A stretch of DNA of 64,000 nt from a virus. Lineage: Duplodnaviria > Heunggongvirae > Uroviricota > Caudoviricetes. Under the pieces are notes generated by a model, which made no database searches, was not told the DNA's origin, and saw only the letters and a program-made list of their open reading frames with translations. The stretch lies in the IMG/VR virus record IMGVR_UViG_3300024287_000004, positions 492 through 64,491 of that record, one strand, 5' to 3'. Of this stretch, positions 10,529 to 18,849 are shown piece after piece; the first letter of the stretch is position 1, and the number at the start of each line of letters is the position of its first letter. The position numbers were made by a program, and so were the translations under genes.

Positions 10529-11074
10529 ATGGATTTTAAAGATTTGTCTAGCCTGCTAGCCAAGGCAGCACCTACAATTGCTACCGCCCTAGGCGGACCC
10601 CTAGCAGGAGGCGCTGTAGCGGCCCTAGAAGCCGTTTTCAGCGTTAAGGCTGAGGGAACTACCAGCGAGAAGCAAGACACGCTCCTAGCCGCGATTAGTG
10701 GCGCTACGCCCGAACAGCTACAGAGGCTTAAGGAAGCTGAGAACGCGCATGCAGAGAAGATGGCCGAACTGGGCTTTAAGAACGTGGAAGAATTGGCACG
10801 GATTGCCAAGGATGACCGGGACTCAGCCCGTAAGCGTGAGTCAGATGTAAAAGATTGGACCCCGCGAATTCTGGCTTACTTGATTGTGAGCGCCTTCGTT
10901 GGGGTAATTGTAGGGGTACTGGCAGGATGGGGAAAGGTGGATACCGTCTTGGCTGGAACTCTAGTTGGCTATTTGTCAGCAAAAGCAGAGCAGGTTGTAG
11001 CATACTACTTCGGTAGCTCAGCCGGTTCGAAAGACAAAACAGAGTTGCTTGCAAAAGCTCAACCTGTAAAATAA
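10529..11074 (+). CDS. Putative holin (2-3 TM segments)
   Basis: Hydrophobic segments AAPTIATALGGPLAGGAVAAL and ILAYLIVSAFVGVIVGVLAGWG; directly after endolysin; track ORF starts TTG 10511, ATG 10529 with RBS aagga. Confidence 0.5.
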   Translation: MDFKDLSSLLAKAAPTIATALGGPLAGGAVAALEAVFSVKAEGTTSEKQDTLLAAISGATPEQLQRLKEAENAHAEKMAELGFKNVEELARIAKDDRDSARKRESDVKDWTPRILAYLIVSAFVGVIVGVLAGWGKVDTVLAGTLVGYLSAKAEQVVAYYFGSSAGSKDKTELLAKAQPVK

Positions 11075-11095
11075 TCTCGCGTCATGGTAGTGTTT

Positions 11096-11125
11096 GCCCC
11101 CAGCCTTTCGGTTGGGGGCTTTTTT
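11096..11125 (+). terminator. Strong rho-independent terminator at convergence of + and - gene blocks
   Basis: gcccccagcc-tttc-ggttgggggc 10-bp stem then tttttt 11120-11125. Confidence 0.75.
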
Positions 11126-11126
11126 A

Positions 11127-11324
11127 TTACTCGCCTTTCTTACGGCGAGCAGGCTTCAACACTTCCGTTGACCCGAAAACGTCTCCTGCTTCCAGCTTAA
11201 CCGCTGGCGTAGCCGTCCCAATCTGGGCCTCTGCCATCACAAACAACTCCCGCATAACCTCCACCGGGAGAGTTGCGTAGTGGTTGTAGTGCGCCTCGTA
11301 GTTTTTCAGTTCTTCAAGAGTCAT
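11127..11324 (-). CDS. Hypothetical protein, 65 aa
   Basis: ORF with ATGA-type coupling to 11324..11656. Confidence 0.4.
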   Translation of the reverse strand: MTLEELKNYEAHYNHYATLPVEVMRELFVMAEAQIGTATPAVKLEAGDVFGSTEVLKPARRKKGE

Positions 11325-11656
11325 TAGTCCTCCAACGTGTCATTCAAAACAGTGTACAACGCTCCGCGTTCAATCGCTACCTCCGTCCCTTTCAGCTTGT
11401 CGTCGTCTTCTTTCGGCAAAGAATCTTCGAAGCGAGCACGCAGATATTTAGCAAGCTCAGCCTTCGGCAACTTGAACGTCACAGCCATACCCTCCACAGT
11501 CTCTTTAAACTCCGTAGCGGCGTTCTTAGCTGCTTCCTTAGCCTTGTGTTCAGCTTGCAGTTCGCCCATTGCGTATTTAACGCGAGCACGAAACAGGTCA
11601 GCGTCAACGGTTGCATCATGCTTACCAAACGAAACAGAAATTACTTCTTTAGTCAT
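11324..11656 (-). CDS. Hypothetical protein, 110 aa
   Basis: ORF, charged helical sequence. Confidence 0.45.
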   Translation of the reverse strand: MTKEVISVSFGKHDATVDADLFRARVKYAMGELQAEHKAKEAAKNAATEFKETVEGMAVTFKLPKAELAKYLRARFEDSLPKEDDDKLKGTEVAIERGALYTVLNDTLED

Positions 11657-11674
11657 TACTTTCCTTCTTAAAAA

Positions 11675-11839
11675 TTAACCAACAAAACCCATCAGGACGC
11701 CCAGAGGCGGGACGAATGCACCCACGACGCGGAACACTTCTAGCAGGCCGAATGTCGTTGCCCCGGCAAGCTTAACTATGTTGGCGATGTATAGCACTAC
11801 TGCAATAACACCTACCACAAATTCAAAAAAGTCACTCAC
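11675..11839 (-). CDS. Small hydrophobic membrane protein, 54 aa (GTG start)
   Basis: MSDFFEFVVGVIAVVLYIANIVKLAGATTFGLLEVFRVVGAFVPPLGVLMGFVG; RBS aagggg 8 nt upstream; not in ORF track (<60 aa). Confidence 0.35.
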   Translation of the reverse strand: MSDFFEFVVGVIAVVLYIANIVKLAGATTFGLLEVFRVVGAFVPPLGVLMGFVG

Positions 11840-11850
11840 TTAAATACCCC

Positions 11851-12327
11851 TTATTGTTCGTCCTCCTTAAGCCACAACGTAGCGTCGTGAGCGTGGAGAA
11901 CAGCTTCAAAAATAGCAATGAGGCGTTTCTTATCCCCATTACCCAGACCCCCGCCAATCAGCGGGAGGTGAATCGGAATACCCGGCATATACTGGTCAAC
12001 GTACTTAACAACGTTTTGCAGGCCCAGTACCACCGCATCATACGAAACGTACAGCGTGTACGGGTTACGCCCGTATTCCTTTTGCGTGATGACGTTGGCA
12101 ATGCAACGATCCTCGTAGGGGTTCTCCCAGATGATCGCCTGTCCCAGCTTCAAACCGTACCGGCGTTCAGCTTGTTTGTAAACTAGGTAGGCTTCCGGGT
12201 GAAGGTCTTTGATGATCTTTGCTACGCCCGACCCCATCACACCCTTAGCATTGCAGCCGTGTACTACTAAACAACGCTTACCAGCCGTAGCGTTAAACAA
12301 GTCGCCAATTTGAATGTCAAGCGCCAT
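11851..12327 (-). CDS. Macro domain protein (ADP-ribose binding/processing)
   Basis: IQIGDLF..LVVHGCNAKGVMGSGVAKII and LPLIGGGLGNG resemble macro motifs (VNAAN..GGGVxGAI; G-x-G loop); track start TTG 12336, ATG 12327 preferred. Confidence 0.75.
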   Translation of the reverse strand: MALDIQIGDLFNATAGKRCLVVHGCNAKGVMGSGVAKIIKDLHPEAYLVYKQAERRYGLKLGQAIIWENPYEDRCIANVITQKEYGRNPYTLYVSYDAVVLGLQNVVKYVDQYMPGIPIHLPLIGGGLGNGDKKRLIAIFEAVLHAHDATLWLKEDEQ

Positions 12328-12541
12328 ACGCAACAACCACTTTAACTTTCCGGGTGTTAAAATCCTTAACTACCCCGAACATCTCACGGCTAGTGCCGTC
12401 TTTGACGCCAATATCCTTGTCAAACGTGAAGACACTACAACCCCCGAGCAAGCTGGCGATGACTTTTGCCTCGTCCTCGGTTTCAATCGTCAAGGTGAAC
12501 GGCTGGAATGCCGGTTTAGTTTCGATTGGCGTGCGTTTCAT
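12317..12541 (-). CDS. Hypothetical protein, 74 aa
   Basis: ORF only. Confidence 0.35.
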   Translation of the reverse strand: MKRTPIETKPAFQPFTLTIETEDEAKVIASLLGGCSVFTFDKDIGVKDGTSREMFGVVKDFNTRKVKVVVAYGA

Positions 12542-12626
12542 TTCACATCTCCTTTCTGCTCAGGAGCATTACCCATCTTACGGCAATGCTCGCAATTTTT
12601 AGAACATTTCTTCATTACCTACCTCC

Positions 12627-12905
12627 TTAATGAAACGTTGAATCGCTGTAGCAATTAGCAGCGATAAACAGCCGCGTATCCCCACCGATAATGGCGACAC
12701 GCTTAACGGGGTCTTCTAGGTAAAACCACTCCCCAGCAAATTGCCCGTTAAGCGATTCGGCAGTGATTACATTCGGCTCACTGAGTTCCACAATTATGTA
12801 CAGGCCAAGCTCAGGGCAATCGTCCCCATCGGGGCCTACGCCAGCGTCAGCGTAGAAAACAGATTGCCCTACAGCCAGTGGATTGCCGAACATATCCACC
12901 AACAT
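12627..12905 (-). CDS. Hypothetical protein, 92 aa
   Basis: ORF only. Confidence 0.35.
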   Translation of the reverse strand: MLVDMFGNPLAVGQSVFYADAGVGPDGDDCPELGLYIIVELSEPNVITAESLNGQFAGEWFYLEDPVKRVAIIGGDTRLFIAANCYSDSTFH

Positions 12906-12914
12906 GACAACTCC

Positions 12915-14291
12915 TTACGCAACGAAGAAACGTTGGCCCTTCGAAGCTGTTGGACCCGCATCATATGCCTTCTTACCCTGCACCATAGCATGAGCACGGG
13001 CCATATCGCGGGTGTCGTAGAACTTAGCACCAACCGGGGCAGTGTGGTAGCGAACACGGCCACCATCGCTAGGCATGATCGGCACAGGCTTTAGCACAGG
13101 CCACGATGCCGCTTGTTGGGCGATGTGCGCAGCTTGCGACGGGGCCTTAGCAGCCTTGGACGATGCCGGGTTAGGAGTCGGCTTGTTCGTTACAGGAACA
13201 GCAGGCAATTGCACAACTTGCGGCTTGTCTGCCTTCGGTTGCAAGTAAGCCAAATCCGCCTCAGTGAACGGCTTACCAATCGCCTTCCAGTAAATAACGC
13301 CCGTACCGCTAACCAGCTTGCGATTAACGCTCTCGCTCTGGATGAAGATGTCAAAATTGCCATGATCGCCCGGATGCAGACGAACGTTACGGTCATCCGG
13401 CAGGCCCAGCATCTCACGAGCATCAGCTCCGGCGTAAATCTTGCCGGTGTTGCGGTCACGCACAGCAATCATTTTCGTGGGCTGAACACGCGGTTCCGTT
13501 TTGGTAAGCTGGTAGAAAGCCGAGCCTTTCAGGTATTCCATGCGATGACGCAGGATGAACGGACGAATCTCGATTCCGTTATCTTCTGATGGAACGACAT
13601 ATAGCGAAACGTCTTTGCCTTCCACCAGTTCAACCAGCTTGCCAGTGTCAACAGCCGAAGCCGAGGCGTAGAACACCGTGGAGCTAGTTTTGCCTGCCGA
13701 GCGCATAGCGGAGAAGCTATTCACAGCAGCTTGAGTAGCAGCCGTGGACTTAGCCATACCTTCCGCAGTGGTTTCCCATTCGATGATATTACCGTCTGGG
13801 ATGCCCAGCCCTTGAAGCTCACTGCGGAAGCCAACGGGAACACGGCCCACGAAGGTCCAACGGCCCGTAGCTTGCAAGGCAGTGATTTTCCGACCCAAGG
13901 TGAACTGGTTGTACTCACGCGAGTGGCGTTCTTCCCCGTCCGTGGTAATCATAACCACGTAGGAAACGTTCGGCATACGCGCATCCGGCAGCGATTCGAA
14001 CAACTCAATCATCTCTCCGATGCCATCATACAGCGGAGTTCCACCCGGCGTAGGCCACGAGGTAAGAGGCTTAAGAACGTGCGGGTTCGAGATGACAACT
14101 TGGCGTTCCACTCCGTAGCCGCCGTTGCCAATACCGATGCCGACGACAGAAACGATGGTGTCAAGTTCTTCACGGGTAGCTGCGTCTTTAACAGCCTTAA
14201 TGTTGACGTTGTAGTCAGCCATCGCTGCATTTGCCAGCGAAGCCATAGAGCCCGAGTGGTCATTCACAAAGCCCCAGTGTGTTTTATTCAT
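12915..14291 (-). CDS. von Willebrand factor A (vWA) domain protein, 458 aa
   Basis: MIDAS motif FVNDHSGSM (DxSxS) and VVMITTDGEE (TDG); Pro/Ala-rich linker; RBS aaaaggaga. Confidence 0.65.
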   Translation of the reverse strand: MNKTHWGFVNDHSGSMASLANAAMADYNVNIKAVKDAATREELDTIVSVVGIGIGNGGYGVERQVVISNPHVLKPLTSWPTPGGTPLYDGIGEMIELFESLPDARMPNVSYVVMITTDGEERHSREYNQFTLGRKITALQATGRWTFVGRVPVGFRSELQGLGIPDGNIIEWETTAEGMAKSTAATQAAVNSFSAMRSAGKTSSTVFYASASAVDTGKLVELVEGKDVSLYVVPSEDNGIEIRPFILRHRMEYLKGSAFYQLTKTEPRVQPTKMIAVRDRNTGKIYAGADAREMLGLPDDRNVRLHPGDHGNFDIFIQSESVNRKLVSGTGVIYWKAIGKPFTEADLAYLQPKADKPQVVQLPAVPVTNKPTPNPASSKAAKAPSQAAHIAQQAASWPVLKPVPIMPSDGGRVRYHTAPVGAKFYDTRDMARAHAMVQGKKAYDAGPTASKGQRFFVA

Positions 14292-14344
14292 ATTTATTCT
14301 CCTTTTAAGTTATCTAGCAGGCACGCTATCTCTAACGTGCCGCT

Positions 14345-14374
14345 ATTTTACTACGTTTCTACTTACTAAGTCAA
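14345..14374 (-). promoter_or_regulatory. Sigma70-like promoter on minus strand (TTGACT-18-TAAAAT)
   Basis: revcomp agtcaa 14369-14374; atttta 14345-14350. Confidence 0.45.
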
Positions 14375-14379
14375 GCTGC

Positions 14380-16023
14380 TTAGCCGTGCAGGCGTTCTTT
14401 GATTTCAGCGAAGGTTTGGAAACGAACAAGACGGCCATTCTCAAACACAACCTTAAGCTCGCCCATCACTTCCTGATAACGCTCTTGCTGGTCGTACAGG
14501 ACGAACTTACCACCTTCGTTCTCCACACGCAGCAGGCCCTTAGCAGACTTCTTAACCCCGTCGCCGGTTTTGGGGTCTTTCTCAAGCTCTCGCGCTTCCC
14601 CGTTCACCACGCCCCACGTAGCCTTAACGGCCATACCGAACGTGTCACGGGTAATGTATTGGTAGGTGTAGCTACCAATGCCGAACACCACGTTAGCAGA
14701 GCTAAAGCCCTTCTCCATCAGGCGTTGCAGGATAGCTTCGCAGCGTTCCAACGTAATGCTATCCCCGTAAATCAGGCTAACGTGCTTGTCGAGGGTCTTG
14801 TAACCCTTGTCGGTTACAGTACCGCCGAATTCATCCCACAGGCATTCCACAGCACCTTTAACTTCGTGCTCAGCAAGCTCCTTGCCCAGAACGATAGTGT
14901 CAACACCGCAGTCGTAACAGCAAGAAGCCTTCGTGTGGAATTCGTAATACTTGCCTTGATACTTCACCGCGTCAGCGTCACCTACAGTGTCGTAAGCGTC
15001 AAAAAGCCCTGTAAGCTGTTCCACTTCCACAACCTTGTAGCCGGTCAGAATCTTAACAGGATCGCCCGAGTCAGGACGGAACACCACCTTAGCGTTACCA
15101 AATGCGTCTTCACCACGGGCCATGATTTCCGGTTTAAGCTCTTCCGCAAAGCGGGTGATAACCTGCCAGAAGTCCCATGTATCCGAGACGATGGAGACAA
15201 CCCCTTTAGGGTACACTTTGGTAATCAGGCGACGGAATGTGCCGATTTCATCGGGGCTCCCGCCCATGCACATGACGGAGTGCTCTGTAGCCGGGACTGA
15301 GCCTGCTACAAGTTCCTCCGTTACGTCAGCGCCGTAGTAGTACTCCAGATAGTCGATAGCGAGCAGGGCATCCGTACCAGAGCCAGCGGCCATCAAGTGT
15401 GCAGCACCGCACTTGGCCGAGTCGAAGCGGCCCGACATACCGCGCATGGAAAAATCGTGTGCTTGCCAGTTGACGAACATCGGGTCAGCCCCGGTCAATG
15501 CTGCGTACTTACCGATGAGACGGCGGTACTCGAACGCGATGGTGCCAACCGTAATCGGCTTCCACAGATCACAGGATAACACCGTTTCAAGGTAGTTAGT
15601 CAGCCAATAGAACTGCGGCAGCGTGTTCTTGATCGTCAGGAACGGAACACGGATGTCAACACGGCTACCCTCTGGCAGTGCCTTAATTACGATAGGCAGA
15701 TAGCCAAGATCGTGCAGGGCTTCGATGTGATCGGTGCGAACTGCGTTCTCCCCGAGGAAGTTATCACAGCGCCGTTTGTACTCCGCCACCACTTCTACCC
15801 TCGGACGTTGGAAGAAACCCTCGTTCCATTCTTCAATCAGGAATTCCAGAATGAAGCCTTGCAGGCCCGTAAACACCACCTTGTTATCAAAGGTGGAAGG
15901 CATCTTGGCATGGGCTGCACTACGGGCCGTGAAGTTTGAATACACGTACTCCGTACCTTCCGGGTACTGGTCGATATGCCCTAATTTATAACTATCCAAA
16001 GCCAAATGAGGTCGTTTTTTCAT
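14380..16023 (-). CDS. Nicotinamide phosphoribosyltransferase (NAMPT/NadV) family protein; candidate Namat of an NAD+ reconstitution pathway
   Basis: Collinear match to NAMPT: LDSYKLGH, LPIVIKALPEG..FYWLTNYLETVL, HDFSMRGMSG, SVPATEHSVM, VSIVSDTWDFW, VFRPDSGDP, IYGDSITL, KKSAKGLLRV. Confidence 0.9.
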   Translation of the reverse strand: MKKRPHLALDSYKLGHIDQYPEGTEYVYSNFTARSAAHAKMPSTFDNKVVFTGLQGFILEFLIEEWNEGFFQRPRVEVVAEYKRRCDNFLGENAVRTDHIEALHDLGYLPIVIKALPEGSRVDIRVPFLTIKNTLPQFYWLTNYLETVLSCDLWKPITVGTIAFEYRRLIGKYAALTGADPMFVNWQAHDFSMRGMSGRFDSAKCGAAHLMAAGSGTDALLAIDYLEYYYGADVTEELVAGSVPATEHSVMCMGGSPDEIGTFRRLITKVYPKGVVSIVSDTWDFWQVITRFAEELKPEIMARGEDAFGNAKVVFRPDSGDPVKILTGYKVVEVEQLTGLFDAYDTVGDADAVKYQGKYYEFHTKASCCYDCGVDTIVLGKELAEHEVKGAVECLWDEFGGTVTDKGYKTLDKHVSLIYGDSITLERCEAILQRLMEKGFSSANVVFGIGSYTYQYITRDTFGMAVKATWGVVNGEARELEKDPKTGDGVKKSAKGLLRVENEGGKFVLYDQQERYQEVMGELKVVFENGRLVRFQTFAEIKERLHG

Positions 16024-16034
16024 CGTTGTTCTCC

Positions 16035-16328
16035 TTATCGGCTAGCCGCTGCTTCCGCTGCTGCTTCGTGTGCAATGTCGGCTACGTAGTCCTTTAGCAG
16101 CGTACCCAGCTTGCTTTCAAAAGTTGGCTCTGGCTGCTCGGAAGCCTTCTGTTCACTTAGAAGGTTCAGCTTCCGTGCAACGTCGATGTGCACAACTTTC
16201 TCAATCGTCTTTTTCGTGGGGTAAGAGTCGGAGAGATGGGTTTGGGAAGAGATGCTTACTTTTACAAACTCTTCTTTACTACCTTGCTTTCCGCTTACAT
16301 CACACACATAAGTGGTGATAATTGCCAT
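16035..16328 (-). CDS. Hypothetical protein, 97 aa
   Basis: ORF between NAMPT-like and PRS-like genes. Confidence 0.4.
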   Translation of the reverse strand: MAIITTYVCDVSGKQGSKEEFVKVSISSQTHLSDSYPTKKTIEKVVHIDVARKLNLLSEQKASEQPEPTFESKLGTLLKDYVADIAHEAAAEAAASR

Positions 16329-16350
16329 TTTTTGTTGTTCTCCTTATTAG

Positions 16351-17175
16351 TTAAATAACCAAACTAACCTTGCCAGATGCTACGGCTGCTTCGCCCTTAG
16401 CACCTACAGGGTTGCTAGTGTACAGCTTATCTACCAAGCCGTCAAACACTTCCACACCAGCCGAGAAAATGCCGTGCGTAACGTACAGCATTACTTGGCC
16501 GTCCGTCAGCTTACGCAGTTCCTTAGCAAGCTCGGTGAAGGTACGTCCGCCGTCGCAGATATCGTCCACGATGAGGAAGTCTTTATTACCTACGTGCTCG
16601 CTGTACACGGCAGTCCCGGTAACCTTCCCGGTCAGCACATCACGGGTTTTATCGGCCCGTACAACGTGCGCAAAGCCATGATCCTTGGCGATTCCCAGTA
16701 CTTTCTTGTTTGCTCCAGCATCCGGGCTTACAAGCACGGTAGTGTCGTGGTCCAACCATTCCAGCAGAGACGCAATCTTTTCCGTTGCAGGACGGTGCAC
16801 AAGGTTGTTAATAAGTGCTTCCGCAACATTGGAATGGAGGTCGTAACACACTACCTCGGTGAAACCTAGGCTGTTGATGAAATCAGCCACCACCTTAAGC
16901 GACAGGCTTTCACCGGGCGAGCACACCCGGTCTTGACGAGCGTAGGGCATGTACGGCATGACTAGAATAATTTCTACTTCGCTGCCATATTCCCTGCGCA
17001 GAGCGTCCACCAGCAATGCAAGGTCGATGAGGTCGCTGTTACTTTCGTAATTCAGCTTGATTGACAGCCCCCAAGCGGGCGGCATGTAGCCGAGACGCAG
17101 AAACGTTTCCCCGGCAGGGAATTGGCGAAGCTCGAAAGGGACAATGGCTCCGCCCACGAATAGTTTTAGGCTCAT
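16351..17175 (-). CDS. Ribose-phosphate pyrophosphokinase (PRPP synthetase) homolog, short form (274 aa); candidate ADP-ribose pyrophosphokinase (Adps)
   Basis: LKLFVGGA, DLALLVDALRR, MPYMPYARQDR, DLHS, LIVDDICDGGRT (PRPP-binding loop); RBS caaggag. Confidence 0.85.
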   Translation of the reverse strand: MSLKLFVGGAIVPFELRQFPAGETFLRLGYMPPAWGLSIKLNYESNSDLIDLALLVDALRREYGSEVEIILVMPYMPYARQDRVCSPGESLSLKVVADFINSLGFTEVVCYDLHSNVAEALINNLVHRPATEKIASLLEWLDHDTTVLVSPDAGANKKVLGIAKDHGFAHVVRADKTRDVLTGKVTGTAVYSEHVGNKDFLIVDDICDGGRTFTELAKELRKLTDGQVMLYVTHGIFSAGVEVFDGLVDKLYTSNPVGAKGEAAVASGKVSLVI

Positions 17176-17180
17176 GGTTG

Positions 17181-17375
17181 TTACTCCTTGTGGTTATCAT
17201 GTTGTTCTTCCTCGTTATCAGCGTAAGGACAGCTGAGAGGGCCGGGGCAGGGGCCTACAGCTTCCCCGTCGCACTGGCACTGTTCGCTGCGTTGTTTCTT
17301 ATGCTTCTCGGTCCGTAGCTCTGTTAGCTCGTCTTGGTCAAGCATTATCTGTGCCATATAAAAGGCCGGAAGCAA
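17181..17375 (-). CDS. Small Cys-rich acidic protein, 64 aa
   Basis: CQCDGEAVGPCPGPLSCPY; ORF only. Confidence 0.3.
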   Translation of the reverse strand: MLPAFYMAQIMLDQDELTELRTEKHKKQRSEQCQCDGEAVGPCPGPLSCPYADNEEEQHDNHKE

Positions 17376-17381
17376 GCCAGC

Positions 17382-17729
17382 CTACAGCTGCTGTTCGATG
17401 GCGTCAGCCAATTGCTCGAAGGTAGCGCCGTTGTCATTATGAACAGAAAGGCTCTCCGTGCGATCCTTAATACAGACTTCATCTTGCATCCAGACAAGGC
17501 CAGCCCAGTCTTGTACAGCTTCGGTAGGTACGCAGTATCCCTTGCCGTCATATGCAAAATCCCCAAATTGGTCCTTTACCCACGCACCTTGTTGGGAAAC
17601 GTCGCTGATAACACCCCAAGCGCAGAAGCAGTCTTCACTGCGGAGAAACATACGCCCCTGCTTATATTTCCCGCTGCGCAGGGCTTCAACGATTTTGGCT
17701 TTGGCTTCCGGGTTCATCTTCTTAGTCAT
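17382..17729 (-). CDS. Hypothetical protein, 115 aa
   Basis: RBS aaggag; promoter 17772-17801 upstream. Confidence 0.5.
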   Translation of the reverse strand: MTKKMNPEAKAKIVEALRSGKYKQGRMFLRSEDCFCAWGVISDVSQQGAWVKDQFGDFAYDGKGYCVPTEAVQDWAGLVWMQDEVCIKDRTESLSVHNDNGATFEQLADAIEQQL

Positions 17730-17771
17730 GTTTTTTCTCCTTGATAAGTTGGAATAAAGCTAGTGTAGCCC

Positions 17772-17801
17772 ACTTTCTAGCTACCTGTCAAGCTTTTTGG
17801 C
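17772..17801 (-). promoter_or_regulatory. Sigma70-like promoter on minus strand (TTGACA-18-TACACT) with CTAGCT upstream element
   Basis: revcomp tgtcaa 17796-17801; agtgta 17772-17777. Confidence 0.5.
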
Positions 17802-18280
17802 GTAATAATTTCAACACCCTTGGCTGTAAGGCTGTCGAACAAATCAGCCGGGATACTACGGATAGGGTGCAGGTAGGAGGGCTTCCCAAGCTCTGCCATG
17901 TAGGTAGCCATATCCAAGCTGCCTGTACTCTTATTAGGCCCCTCGGTAATTCCACTCCAAACAATAAGCGCCTCGTCAGCAAAGTCGCCCATCTCGTGAT
18001 TACGCCAGATGCCAGCTAGCAGGTTGAATTTCTTACCATCTCGTCGCGTTCTTACAACAGCCCCCGGCGCTTCAATGTCATCCCACTTGGCCGGGAAAGA
18101 GTGAATCTGTAGCCCATTCTTCTTGGCAAACTCTTCGCCCAGCGTATCAACCCCGTCAGCCTTCCCGCTCACTACTTCAATGCTTTTCTTGTGCTTTGCC
18201 CACAAGCCCGATTCGATGATGGCACGCTTTACCGTGTCGTAGCTTGTGATGCTGCGCGAGCCAGCGATTATGAGTTTCAT
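17777..18280 (-). CDS. YspA-type SLOG domain protein (DUF2493 family), 167 aa
   Basis: KLIIAGSRS, VVSGKADGVDTLGEEFAKKNGL..FPAKWD, AGIWRNHEM, ALIVWSG pattern matches DUF2493/SLOG Rossmann-like family; track TTG start 18301, ATG 18280 preferred. Confidence 0.65.
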   Translation of the reverse strand: MKLIIAGSRSITSYDTVKRAIIESGLWAKHKKSIEVVSGKADGVDTLGEEFAKKNGLQIHSFPAKWDDIEAPGAVVRTRRDGKKFNLLAGIWRNHEMGDFADEALIVWSGITEGPNKSTGSLDMATYMAELGKPSYLHPIRSIPADLFDSLTAKGVEIITPKSLTGS

Positions 18281-18486
18281 TTCTGCCCTTTCCGCACACA
18301 AACCATCTTAGGGTCGTAATGCCCCATGATGTTAAGCTCCCGGCCTGCCTTGCTCAATGCAGCCCCGGCTGCAACGCAAGCCTCTGGCGTGTTGAACTCA
18401 CCCATGTTTGCATACTCAACGCGTGGCCCATAGCCAGCGACAAAAGCTACTAACAAAATGTAAATCATTTCTGCTCCTTTGCCCAT
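18277..18486 (-). CDS. Small membrane protein, 69 aa
   Basis: MIYILLVAFVAGYG TM segment; ATGA overlap. Confidence 0.4.
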   Translation of the reverse strand: MGKGAEMIYILLVAFVAGYGPRVEYANMGEFNTPEACVAAGAALSKAGRELNIMGHYDPKMVCVRKGQK

Positions 18487-18749
18487 TTAACCGCAGCTAC
18501 AACAACATCCCCGTGACAGGGCCGAGGCTTACAAAAGCATCCCAGCCGTTTGCCGTCCAGAGAACGTAGGTAGCTAAGCGTTATATTACCTTGTTTGATT
18601 TGATCCCACAGCCATCCCCTGTACCATGCAATGACAACCTCTCGCGTATCTCCGATGGCGTCATTAATCGGACGCAGGTTTCCGAGCCTGCTACCCCGGC
18701 CTATATAGACATCGTAGGCTTCGTAGTGCTTGTTTACAACGGTACACAT
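18465..18749 (-). CDS. DUF4326 family protein, 94 aa
   Basis: DVYIGRGSRLGNLRP ... GCFCKPRPCHGDVV signature. Confidence 0.7.
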   Translation of the reverse strand: MCTVVNKHYEAYDVYIGRGSRLGNLRPINDAIGDTREVVIAWYRGWLWDQIKQGNITLSYLRSLDGKRLGCFCKPRPCHGDVVVAAVKWAKEQK

Positions 18750-18849
18750 TTGTTCGCGTATTCAACAAAGACTACAAACCATTCTAGCCATGCGTCTACG
18801 TCCTCTCCTGTGTACGGTGCTCCTAGTACAAGTACGGGTGGTAATGCAG

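Noticed and set aside
14386-15300. 304-aa + strand ORF antisense to the NAMPT-like gene
   Set aside because: It lies entirely inside and opposite to a gene with strong family-wide homology. It has no RBS and low-complexity composition, so it is spurious.
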